DNA of 58,673 bases from Hydrurus foetidus. Lineage: Eukaryota. This document shows, piece by piece, positions 24,501 to 36,818 of this stretch; within the stretch, counting starts at the first letter, position 1; each line of letters opens with the position of its first letter. The DNA lies in contig UYFQ01000033.1 of the NCBI GenBank assembly GCA_900617105.1, forward strand, positions 1 through 58,673. Direction: 5' to 3'. The position numbers and the translations under genes are program-made. Under the pieces are notes generated by a model. The model saw nothing but the letters and a program-made list of their open reading frames with translations, was not told where the DNA came from and made no database searches.

Positions 24501-24830
24501 CTTTCTGATTCGGCGAATCAGTCTCTACACATCAGGAATTTCGTGCTGGCACAGGGGCACTCATGCGGACCTGTCACCATCTACCAGGACAACATGTCCT
24601 GTATGGCCCTGATAGATCGAGGGAGATCGACAGCGGAGCGTACGAGACACATAGCCATCAGATACTTCTGGGTGAAGGAGCGTGTGGACACAGGGGAAGC
24701 GAGGGTGCAGCATCTAGGGACAAAGAAGATGTATGCAAACCTACTGACCAAGCCGCTCCAGGGAGCGCAATTTCAAGAAGAGAGAAAAGGGATCACGGGA
24801 TGGAGCGATGCAGTAGTGATACAGACGTAG
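21571..24830 (+). CDS. pol: Copia-A integrase, reverse transcriptase and RNase H (3' part of gag-pol)
   Basis: IN (IDIMFV, SDGE, VERRIR), RT (KARLVAGG, DIGGAFL, LDKALYG, HVDD), RNase H (DAAYG, SSTEAE, YQDN, ANLLTKPL). Confidence 0.95.
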
Positions 24831-24881
24831 AAATAAAGTCATCAACATGCATAACTCCGTCAGTACCGATTGAGTAAGTGC

Positions 24882-24891
24882 CATAGGGGTG
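24882..24891 (+). promoter_or_regulatory. Copia-A PPT-position motif CATAGGGGTG
   Basis: Abuts the 3' LTR; an identical 10-mer is at the same position in Copia-B. Confidence 0.75.
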
Positions 24892-25213
24892 TGTTGAATA
24901 TATCTGAGTATATGACACGTACACAATCGGTGTACTTACGTTATTTAGCGTACTGCAGTACGCTTTTTTGAGTAAGTACGCATACGTGCGGGGGATGGAT
25001 GAGCGAGCTCGGGATTCACAAGCTGCAACCGTAGAGTAGTATATGATCGTATGCATTGTTTGAACTCGTGGTCTCTCGACTGATGAAGCACAGTCTAATT
25101 AACAAGTGATTACTGATACGTTAGATCTTATTTCACGAGCCTTGAGCACTTCGAACTTACGCCGCTGTACTTCAGTACTTTCGCTGGCGTCAAGACCTCG
25201 GATTCTTTCAACA
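24892..25213 (+). repeat. Copia-A 3' LTR
   Basis: Direct repeat of 12140-12461. Confidence 0.95.
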
Positions 25214-25218
25214 GTTTC

Positions 25219-25262
25219 GATTTATTATTCCCGTATGTGTGCGGACTATCGTGCAACCCCTG
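25219..25262 (-). repeat. Outer tip of Sola2-like right TIR
   Basis: GATTTATTATTCC...GTGTGCGGACTATCGTGCAACCCCTG is the reverse complement of 7418-7472 apart from a central diverged patch and one mismatch. Confidence 0.85.
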
Positions 25263-25604
25263 CGCGGCTGGGCACTGGGGGCCCCAGCGGCCCGGGAACC
25301 TGGACCGCTTTGCAAATACACCGAGCACCACCCACCCAGCAGCGGATGAGAATTGGCCTACACGGCGCGGCTGACTGTAGCGTACCAAAAAAGAGAAAAG
25401 AAACAGCGAGTGCTCTTCACTACGCTGGTTCAACGCAGCCTTCTCGTACGTCGCGTGCAAGTCGCGCTTACACGCAACTATATTGCATGTAGTAGAGAAC
25501 ACGCATCGAGTAGGTGAAGGCGTTGCATAACATCGAAAGGCGTGGCGCTACAGCTGCAGGAAAACCCCGCTAGTGCTTAGCACAATTGCAGTCAAAACTT
25601 CAGC

Positions 25605-28600
25605 ATGTTGAGAGGAATTTCTCTATTGAATAAAAGTCAGCTAAGAAGCACCGTTCATAAATTCGGACGCAATCCTCCGGCAGCTTCTCGTTTGAAGACA
25701 ACCTTCACCAGATTTCCACCAAACAAGGGCCTCTATGATAGTTCACTTGAAAAAGATAGTTGCGGTGTGGGCCTCGTTGCACATTTGAAGAAGACAGCAA
25801 GTAGACAGATTGTCTTAGATGCCAACGAGATGCTTGTGAGAATGTCGCATAGAGGCGCATGTGGTTGTGAGGCCAATAGTGGAGACGGAGCAGGTAACAC
25901 GGCATTCCAGCATGGAAGGATTGGCCATTCCTTATCTTGCGAACTGAAACTAACATCATCTATTTATATCAGGCATTCTGGTCGGTATGCCTGACAGCTA
26001 TTACCGCCGTAAGGTCTCAGAAACGCTTGGTGTAACTCTAGGTCCACAGGATTCATACGGATCTGGCATTGTGTTCACACCGAAATCTGATGCAGGAGTC
26101 GACGCAATCAAAGAAATTTTCCTCTCGCAGGCAAAGCAGAGAGGAATGAAAGTGATTGGCTGGAGACCTATTGAAACAGGTACAACCTGTCGCCTAATAA
26201 TACTTATCATCGGCGGGCCAGATCCTTAACTCTGACAAAACTTATCTCTTTCAGACAACAAGGAAATCGGAAATACAGCGAAATCGACCGAACCTCGCAT
26301 GGAACAAGTGTTTATCGAGAACACCAAAAACCTGCCATTCAAGGATTTCGATCGTGAGCTATTCAGAGTGAGAAAGTCAAGTGAGCTGGAAGCCGCCACC
26401 CACCCTGACATCGCAGGCAACATGTACGTGTGCTCTCTCTCATCCCAGACGGTCACCTACAAGGGCCAGCTCACACCGGAACAGGTGCTAGGATACTTCA
26501 AAGATCTCCAGGAGCCTGATTTTAACTCACACATGGCTCTGGTTCACTCTCGCTTCAGTACGAACACATTTCCTTCATGGGAAAGAGCACAGCCTATTCG
26601 CATGATGTGTCACAACGGAGAGATCAACACTCTGCGTGGAAACAAGAATTGGATGTACTCCAGAGGCGGATTGATGTCATCACCATTTTTCGGCGAAGAC
26701 TCAGCTCAGCAGCACTTACTCTCATCCACATCTGACAATATGTCAGATTCAGGCAATTTTGACGCAGTTCTAGAGCTTCTTGCGAAGGGTTCGGAGCGCA
26801 CACTGCCAGAGTGCGTCATGATGATGATTCCCGAGGCTTGGCAGGACAATGCGTCACTCTCAGACAAGAAGAGAGCGTTCTACGAGTACAACAGTTGTTT
26901 AATGGAGCCATGGGATGGACCTGCCATGATTGCCTTCACAGATGGCAAGTATGTTGGTGCTACCCTTGACCGCAACGGCTTGAGACCAAGTAGATACTAC
27001 GTCACCAAAGACGACCGCATTCTCCTGTCCTCTGAGGTTGGTGTGATTCCTGATCTACCAGATTCAATGGTGCGCACGAAGGCTCGTCTAGAGCCTGGCA
27101 AAATGTTCTTAGTTGATTTTGACAAGGGCGAGATCGTAACGGACAATTTCATCAAGGAGGAAGTCGCGTCTGCACGTAATTACGCTCAGTGGCTTGAGAA
27201 GAATTTATTCCATCTAGACGATTGGGTAGCAGCAAAGAAGAGCAAGGTCATCATTCCTGCATTCAATTTTGAGGACACGAATAGACGCTTGAACATGTTC
27301 GGCTTCACGAATGAAACCATCGACGTACTTTTGTACCCCATGGGTGCGGGGGGCAAAGAAGCCCTGGGGTCCATGGGCAATGACGCACCACTAGCAGTGA
27401 TGAGCACCAAGCCCAGACTGGTGTTTGACTACTTCAAACAGCTCTTCGCCCAGGTGACAAACCCACCCATCGATCCTATTAGAGAGGAGATGGTGATGAG
27501 TCTTATGTGTCCTGTTGGACCGGAGACCAATCTGCTTGAAGTCACGCCTGAGCACTGTGCAAGAATGGTGGTGGACCATCCCATTCTGAGTCTCGAGGAA
27601 ATGCAGACTCTGAAAGATTCTTCCTTCAGAGAATGGCGAACTATCACGATTGACTGCTCTACACCCATTTCTGAGGGGGCGGAGGGAATGGTCGAGAGAC
27701 TCATCTCTATCTGCGAGGAAGCCGCTGAGGCAGTGCAGGGTAGCTATGGACACAAAGGCGTCCAGACAGTCGTGCTGTCTGACCGTATGGCTGGTCCCGA
27801 CAGAATTCCGATCCCATCTCTTCTCGCTGTCGGTGCAGTTCATCAACACCTATTGAAGACGAAGCAGAGACCAAAGACGGCACTTTTCGTTGATTGCGGT
27901 GACGGTCGTGAGGTGCACGACTTCGCCACTCTTCTTGGATTTGGTGCGGATGGTGTGTGTCCTTACCTTGCGTACGAGGCGCTGGCCCGTATGAATCACG
28001 AGGGAGTGGTGTTCGCTAGAAGCAACACGGAGTTCACCAATGAAGAGCTCTTCTACACGTACCGCAAAGCAGCCGCCAAGGGCATTCTGAAGGTCATGAG
28101 TAAGATGGGCATCTCCACCTTACAGTCCTACAAAGGCGCACAAGTCTTCGAGGCACTCGGACTTGATGAAGATGTCATGGACAGATGCTTCACTGGCACG
28201 TCATCACGTATTAAGGGAGCTGACTTCGCTGCCATCTACGAGGATATCGCACAGCTGCACAGAGAGGCCTATCCCTACACCACTGACGCCGTCCCCAACA
28301 TGCGCAACCCGGGTAACTTCCACTACAGAGCTGGAGGGGAGGCACATCTGAACACCCCTCAGGGAATGGTGCAGCTGCAGCAGGCGTCAAGAAACAATTC
28401 CCGCGAGTCTTTCAAGGCGTACACCAAGCATGTGGATGAAGTCAACAAGAGTGTTACACTCAGAGGTGTGTTGAAGTTGAAGATAGACAAGAAGAGCAGC
28501 ATTCCGATTGAAGAGGTGCAAGAGGCGAAGGAGATCGTGAAACGTTTCAACACAGGAGCGATGAGTCTCGGATCCATCTCACAGGAGACACACGAGGCAC

Positions 28601-29277
28601 TTGCTGTTGCAATGAATGCACTAGGTGCTAGATCCAACACTGGTGAGGGAGGAGAAGACCCCAAGCGCTTCACTGACAACAGAAGATCAGCCATCAAGCA
28701 AGTCGCATCGGGCAGATTTGGCGTGACTTCCCACTACCTTGCCAACAGTGATCAAATTCAAATCAAGATGGCTCAGGGTGCCAAGCCAGGAGAGGGAGGA
28801 GAGCTTCCAGGCAGTAAGGTCACCAAGTACATTGCTGAGTCGAGGATGACCACACAGGGTGTTGGTCTTATCTCCCCGCCTCCTCACCACGACATCTACT
28901 CCATCGAAGATCTCGCACAGTTGATCCACGATCTTAAGAACGCCCAGCCCTTTGGGGAAGTCTCTGTGAAGTTAGTAAGTGAAGTGGGTGTGGGAGTTGT
29001 CGCAGCTGGTGTCGCCAAGGCGAAGGCAGACCACGTCACCATCTCCGGGGGGGACGGAGGAACGGGTGCTGCCGCCTGGACCGGGGTTAAGGGGGCGGGA
29101 CTCCCTTGGGAACTTGGACTGGCTGAAGCACACCAAACTCTCGTCATCAACGACTTGAGATCGAGAGTCAAACTGCAGACTGACGGTCAGTTGAAGACTG
29201 GGAGAGACGTCATTATTGCCGCTTGTCTCGGTGCAGAGGAGTTTGGTTTTGCCACTGCTCCTTTGATCGCCCTAGGG

Positions 29278-29312
<35 letters not shown>

Positions 29313-30561
29313 CCCTGTAGGTGTGGCCACACAGGACCCCTTACTACGCAAGAAGTTCTCCGGCAAACCTGAATACGTGCTCAACTTTTTCTTCTTATTG
29401 GCTGAGGAGATCAGAGAGTACATGGCTGAGATGGGTGTTAGGAGCTTGGACGAGCTGATCGGTCGCTCCGACCTCCTCGAGATCGACCCAACTGTGCTTC
29501 ACTACAAGAACAAGGGACTAGACCTCTCCGCCCTGTTGGTGCCTGCAAAGACACTCAACCCATCTGCATCGATAAGAAAGGAAATCCAACAGGATCACGC
29601 CCTTGACGCCGCTCTTGACAACTACCTCATCGAGCAGTCTCGACCAGCGTTGGACAGCGGTGTACGCGTGAAGATCGAGTCACCAGTGACAAACCTCAAC
29701 AGAACTGTCGGAACCATGCTCAGTTATCACATCTCGAAAAAATTCGGTGCAGGTGGGTTACCCGATGACTCTATCCACATCAAACTAAGCGGTCACGGAG
29801 GACAGAGTCTGGGGTTCGCTCTGGCGAAAGGAGTAACCATTGAGGTGGAGGGCGATTCCAATGACTATGTTGGCAAGGGACTGTCAGGGGGCAAGATTGC
29901 AGTGTATCCCCAGAGGGACGCTATTGAGCAGGGCTTTGTGTGCCAGGACAATGTTGTGGTGGGCAATGTGTGTCTCTATGGTGCGACATCAGGTAAAGCG
30001 TTCTTCAGAGGCAAAGCAGGTGAGCGCTTTGCAGTGAGGAACTCAGGTGCCATGAGTTGTGTGGAGGGTGTGGGAGACCACGGGTGTGAGTACATGACTG
30101 GTGGCCGTGTGGTCATCTTGGGGGAGACAGGAAGGAACTTTGCTGCAGGCATGTCTGGCGGTATTGCGTATATCTACGATCCTGCCAACGAGTTCCCTGA
30201 CCGATGCAACATGGGCATGGTTGGACTGGAGAAGGTGACGCACGCAGAAGAGAAGGAGGAGCTGGCTGCCATCATCAGAGAGCACTTGGATTACACCGGG
30301 TCTACCGTTGCGCAGAACATGCTCTCCGACTGGGAAGGCCATGTAGGGCAATTCGTCAAGGTGCACAACACATCTCATCATCAAGATCGAATGCTATATT
30401 GTTTAACTATGTGGTAAACGAATTCAAACACTGATTCTCACACTTCTATCAACGACTTCACTTCTCTATTCTCTTGCACCCAGGTGATGCCTCACGACTA
30501 CAAGAGATATCTTCTCTCTGAAGCCGCCAAAGCCAAGGACAACGAGCCCATTGCGGCATAG
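25605..30561 (+). CDS. gltB: Glutamate synthase (GOGAT) large subunit, NAD(P)H-type; exons 25605-25893, 25973-26179, 26255-30360, 30484-30561
   Basis: KDSCGVG catalytic Cys, [42 protein letters not shown] 3Fe-4S motif, GXGXG C-terminal domain. GT-AG introns restore the frame. Confidence 0.95.
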
Positions 30562-31537
30562 AGAAGAAGGCAGTCTCGCCACTCCAGTCCTATCGATCCG
30601 GGCTCTCCGCCCGGTCCAATCCGACCCGTGCTCTTGACCCCCTGTCCCAGAGTGCGGCCCTGTTCTTATTATCACCACATTGTAATAGTTTCACTTTCCG
30701 TCTCACTGTTCTTCGCGTAGCACTGCATCGCGTTTCTTCATCGTCTGTCTCGGAAAGGAAGGCGACATTCTTTTCACTGCTGCCCCTACGCAACACGTCA
30801 GTTAGTCTCCTGGTCCCGACCCGTCTCGTCCCTTTCTAAACACCTCACACAGCTGTGTGCCGTATTCAACCGTTCGAGGCAGACAGTATGCGCCATTAAC
30901 GTTCACGCGCACACACACATCAATACGTCACGACATCATTTCGTTTCAATGATTTGATGAAGAGATGTAAGCGGTCGTAAAGATCGTTGATTTATTTTCC
31001 GTCAGGATCAATTTTCATTCTAATCTCCACTCCGCTTTGCCGACTTTGTCTGCATTTGTACAATCTTATTTTCCAATCGGAAAGTGTCTGTCTAGATTTT
31101 CATACCGATACACCGAGAGTTGAATTGATTGTAAGATTTGCACAATTGCGCTCACACGGAGTTGGAATCTGAGTGCCTCCACACTGCAACACTTCGAACA
31201 TTATTTAACAAGTCACAAGAGATTCGATTGTATTTATGATTCATTTCTTTTTAAATCTTGACAAGTTAACTACACAGCACATCATTTTTAAGTAAAAACA
31301 TCTAAGCTGAAGGAACAGAATATTATCATTTATTCTGTCCACATCTCGCTCGCGGTCGCCCCCGTCATCTTACCAAAACTCTGTAAGATTTCTTTATGGA
31401 AAATCAAATAACTTACAGGGAAATTTGAACTTTAGAATCAAAAGTGCCTTCTAGAGCAACGAAGGAAGAATTCGTGAATAAACAACATTGAGGTAAAGCG
31501 CAATGTGTCACAGACTGCTCGGTTTGCTCGGCCGTTT

Positions 31538-34500
31538 TTATGCCAGTTCGTAAAGTGCATTGTACTTCGCCTTCAAATAGTTGATGTATACCGTAGGGTC
31601 CAGCGGTTTACCGGTAATTTCCGTTAAAAGCTTATCCGGGCTGTCGTAAAGTGACCCTGAAACAGAAAACAGAAACAATTCGAATTGAGATAAATTGGTG
31701 TGTGATGAGTTGCTGTCTTGCTCTCTCTATTCGGTAGACTGTATGCTGTGAAAGTGTGTCTTGGAATACCGTGTAAGAAGTAGACTAGTCTGTGTTACTG
31801 CTGATCCGATCAGGTCTTGTCTTATCTCATCTTATCGTATAATCTGATTTCATTTTATTGGCCACCACACAGCACGCACACACTTCTCTAATCATGTTTT
31901 TTTCCGTACCTGTTTCATGCACGGTTTCTCTCAGCCACTGTCTTAAAGGCAAAAACTCTCCCTTAAGGTAGAAATAAAGAACAATGTAATTAGTTTGGTA
32001 TTAAGGCTGTTGTTGAAGTGATGATTCGTGGAGATGATCACGATGGCAATGATGATAACGATAACGACATTACAATATAGGATTATTTTATCATTATCAT
32101 TTTTATGCCGATAAATAACATAATTTCTAGAAGATGAGTTAGGAAATAAGTAACAAAACGGTAGAGTGATATATTCGTCGTGGAGACAGAACAGCAATGA
32201 AACTCAAGAAATGAACGGATTAGGCACTGATTTTGAGTACCTTTTCGATTTTAGCTTCCAGCCCAGGAATTTCAACTTTAGCAGTCTCGAACAATTGTGC
32301 AGCCATCATGGCGCCAAGAGTGTAAGAGGGAAAATATCCCAGGGCACCTACAGCGATTACGTAATACAATGAGATATAATGTTGCGTACTTTCTTCAAGT
32401 TCTGTATTTATAAATTCTCCAAGTCTATTCCGATTGTTGTAGCAGAAAAAAAGGTGCGAAATCGACTAGAATTTGTAATTTCAGAATTGATAGCGGCATT
32501 CATATTTAGGCCAGGATGAAATTTCATTCATTTTACAAATAATTCAGGTATCTCTTTCAAGAGAAAATACTGGATAGTTAATTGCACTGTATTAAGTTTG
32601 GATCAAATAACCAACGAATAAATGTGGTCACACACAGTAACACCATCAATTCAGAATACCACACAACATAGCACAACGCAACACAACACAACAGTACAAA
32701 GACACACACGCACTCACCCATGCTCCAGTGTACATCTTGTAGCGGTCCCAATGCATCGGACGGTACCGTGACTCCGAGGCTCTCCAACATTCTTTCACGC
32801 CACACAGTCGGTAAATCTTTGATTTCGATTTTTTTCGCTGCACTTCTCTGCAGACATCATCGAGAAATGAAGATAAAGGTGTGAAGAAATAATAATATCA
32901 AGTAAACATATTATGATTCCCCGCGTAAAAATGATAACTTTTCACTGAGAATCCCGAAATAGTGTGTTTATTAATTTAATAGACTAAGATATGTGGTCCA
33001 ATTTTATGAGTCACAGAGGCGGTTCCTGATAGTAACGTGGAGCACTCTTCTACGCACGTTAATATCGTGCACTACTACAAAGATGCATATTCCCACTTGA
33101 CTATATTCGACAATGTGACAGTATTCAATATCAATTGAGTGACGTACAGCATTAGGATCGGATGAAGCGAAGAGAGACTGCTCCATTTCGAATCGAAGCA
33201 AGATGTGTAACGGATATGTGACCTCATCTGCCTCTACTCGAATGAACCCTGGCTCCACCTGATGGAAGAAATAAAAGAGAAAGAGGGTAGGGAGGGAGGG
33301 AGGGAGAGAAAGGGAGAGGAGAGGTGAGGAAGTGGTTGAGATAGACGATAAGGTGACAGGGCAACTAAAAAACATCCATAAAAATAGTCCTGCAGCATCT
33401 ACCAGTAAAAATAAATTTCTAAATAAAACACATTGGCTTCGAAATGTTAGAATTTCTGGGTCCATAGTCCTTAAGCCATACCTGATTCACGTATATGTAA
33501 AACTGCTCGGATGTGACGGACTGTGTGTGGGGGAAATGTTTGTGAACCAATGGTGTAGCCCACACCCAGAAGCTCCTGCTCTGTTCATGCGGTGATAGAA
33601 GGTAGGTGTGAGGAGGAAGGAGGCACGTTAAGCAGTATGTAGTAATAAGTGGAAGGTGTGATGAGAGAAAGGCGTGATGAGCGGGGTGTGATGAGCGGGG
33701 TGTGATGAGGTGTGGGGGATGAGAGGAAAGGGAGAAGGAGACGGCGGATTAGGGGGAATAGAGGGAGGGAGAAAAGCTTCAGAAAAAAGAGTAGCGAAGA
33801 GAAGTGGGAAGAAAAGAAAAAAAGGGGATAGAAGAGCGAGGGGTATCAATTGAGCTTAGTAGGAGAGAACTAAATAGGTGTAAGAAATAAAATGCCGGTT
33901 ATTGAATTGAAAAGACGCCAAAGCAATTCGAGTGAGTACTGTACATACTTGAAAAACCATACGTTCCCATAGCAGAGATTGACTTTCATGCACCCCCATA
34001 GACAGCGGCTGAGAGACAGGCAAATTGTCGTATTTACTATTTCTGCCCTGTATTGAGATAGAATAAGAAAGGATGTGAATATTTATATTGGAATTGACTT
34101 CTATTTTCTCAAATGTGGTCACAACTTGTTTCGTTAGGGATTATTCATAAAGTCATTTGATAACAATATCACACGCACTTCAAATGTACAGTGAGCAAGT
34201 ACAACATGAACGTACGACGTGAACGTGCCTGTTCATACAAAGCGTGTCCAACTTCATGTACTGTTCCTGCAACTCCTTGTAGCCAATTCTCGGCAGAATA
34301 TCGGGTAGTTATACGTACGTCAGTGGGATGGGGCCCACCAGTAAAGGGGTGCACAGATACGTCCAGGCGGCCCCTGGGGTGGGAGATAGAAGGAAATTGA
34401 GAAAATGGTTGAGATGGGATATAGTGAGAGAAGCTAGATTAGTTCATGGAAAGAACTGAAAGATAAGTGAAGAATGGAAAAAGATACGATAGTGAAGGAA

Positions 34501-36342
34501 TCGAGTAAAGTTGATAGGGATAAATAGTAAGGGCAAGAACAAAAGGAGTCGATGTGAAGACGTCGAATAGTGAAAGAGGTATATATTATCAGTAAATCGT
34601 AGCAGATAGAAAAAAGGAGAGAAGGAAGGGATGTGAAAGGGATAGTCAAAAGAAGGAGGGAATGGTTCGATCAGAACAAATAGTGACTCTTCACAGAAAG
34701 GTTCTCCGTCTTACAAAATCATCGTAAAATTAAAGGCAAAGAACATTCCTTTGACGAGAAATATCAGAACATTCTGAAGAACGTTCTGTTGCACACGCAC
34801 TGCACTAACTTTGTGAAGTCGAATCCAATGTGCTCAGCTATCTCAGCGCAAAGGGCTTTCTGACTCTCGATGAGCCATAGGGGACCGCCCTACATTGAGG
34901 AGTGACGAGTTGAGATGTGTGGGGTGAACTGATTTGTAGTGTAGTGTAGTGTAGTGTAGTGTAGTGTAGTAGGATAGCATGATGTGATGAACTGAGTGTG
35001 GTATGGCGTGAAGTAGCGTAGCGTAGTTTGCGTTTGGTGAATTGTAGTGCAGTGTGATTTCGTGTGGTGTAATGTGGGTTGGTACGTTGTGTTATGATAT
35101 TGCGTGATGTAATGTGCGTTAGCGCAGCATTCTAAACTAATGAAGAGTGTCAAAAACGAGAAAGATGGCAGCCGGTAAACTTCAAGAGACGCACTCAGGA
35201 TCAAATTTAGTAGTTCCACGCTGAAACGATCGAAAAAGGATTCTTTTAGAAAAAATCAGCAAATACAATATGAATAACGTAGAGTGCAGAAAGCATCCCC
35301 TTTGTGGTCTCAATGCATTACACAAAATTGTTGCTAACTCTTCAAAGTTTAGGAATCAGTCATTTTTAGTTATGTAGAGGTTTCTTATCCCATTACACAG
35401 AAATTGTGGTGAATAGTTTCATTATCAGATATCGATGGGGGTGACATTAATTGTCAAACCTCTAAAGGCTTTGGAATGACGTAAGATTTCTTCGTTTTTG
35501 AGGCTGCGATTGCTTGAAGTAAAGGAACGAGGTCCGGCTTCAATGTTGAAAATATTTCGTTAAGTCGCTCCGTGCGCATGCCCCTCTCGAACATGTCAAC
35601 ATTTGCATCATAGGCCTCTAGGAGAAATAAGACGCATATACAGCCATGTGAGACTCTCTTGAGAGATAGAAACGGAAAATAGATTTGAACTTGATGGTGT
35701 TTGCTTTTACCTAAGTGTGTGTGCGTGACAGCAACGATCTCTTTTTTCATGTCTACAATCTCCTGTAACACTGAAGCAAACTGACTGAAGTCGTCAGCTT
35801 TTCTGGCATCTGTATTCACGTAATCGTCTCTAAGGATTCAGAAAAGATACAGCTGAGCACTCTGTTTAGAAGGGAGTTTTACCTGCCCATATCTGATATC
35901 CTCTTCCTTCAAGCTCTGCTAGGCGCACTGTCATATCTTTCGTCTGACTCACCGCTAGATGCACCAAAATATCAGCGTCTCTAACGACAGCCCTCTCATA
36001 GTCACTGGGAAGCACTGACAGGTCTGACCCTACGAGTTCTGCGATTAGTGACATCAGTTCAGGGCTTGTCTTCTTCTCAAATATCACCCCTGCGAGAGCG
36101 CTCTTCTGATCGTTTCTGGCGGTAGAGCTGCCAGTTGGCAGCAACACCATTTGATCCCAGCCAAGCAAAGCATCTATTCCTGCTAGCTTGTTAATCTCTT
36201 TTAGCTTTACTTCAAGTGCTGCATAGTTTGAGGTAGTCTGCGCACTGTTAGAAGTTGCCAAGCAAAAGCCTGCAGCACATCCTCTACTACCCATTACTGA
36301 GGTGCTCATACCAGCAAGAGTTAGCACAGAGTATCGGAGCAT
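31538..36342 (-). CDS. Peptidase M32 (carboxypeptidase Taq family), multi-exon
   Basis: Exons encode LLGWDQ, HPFT, DVRITTRY, VHEVGHALYEQ (HEXXH), HESQSLLWE, IRVEADEVTYPLH, LQDVHWS, GYFPSYTLG and terminal TGKPLDP...YLKAKY with stop at 31538-31540. Confidence 0.93.
34936..34970. repeat. (GTAGT)n microsatellite, intronic
   Basis: Seven tandem GTAGT units. Confidence 0.9.
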
Positions 36343-36818
36343 AACAATTAATCCTATTTAATGCCATGATCTGAATAGCACTAGCTGATCGTCGAGCGAT
36401 CCGCTTCGTTACGTCATCGCATCAGCCAACACCAGAAAGTTCTTCTACGAACACAACAATAAACAGGAAAATCTGTACTCCTCGAATAATCGTCATAAGA
36501 ATTAACAGTGGATGTTCTGTAATGCTGGCCATGTACGTATTATTGAGAGCTGTTTGCTGCATCCAATGCAGCAATAATTGAATTGCCCAACAATTTCGTC
36601 GATCACAGTCTGCCTCTATGCAGTATCAACCAGTTACATAATTGTCTCACGGCTTTGCGAATTCGAAGAGAAGATTGGGCAACGTCCTCTCCGGTACAAT
36701 TCACATCGTTTGCCTGTTGACCACCCTCCTCGTGAAGTCAATGAATAACAGTGACAGGCCCACGAAGATTGCGCTAGGTTCCGCTGATGATGGATCGTCA
36801 ACAGTGAAGTTTTTTGCA

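Larger units (their letters stand above)
12140..25213 (+). mobile_element. Ty1/Copia LTR retrotransposon (Copia-A), full length, interrupted by Gypsy
   Basis: 322-bp TG...CA LTRs, 5-bp TSD GTTTC (12135-12139, 25214-25218), domain order gag-PR-IN-RT-RH. Confidence 0.95.
7418..25262 (+). mobile_element. Sola2-like DNA transposon, complete termini, ~4.77 kb without nested insertions
   Basis: Termini CAGGGGTTGCACGA...TCGTGCAACCCCTG, 4-bp flanking duplication CGCG (7414-7417, 25263-25266), ~0.42-kb TIRs, transposase inside. Confidence 0.8.
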
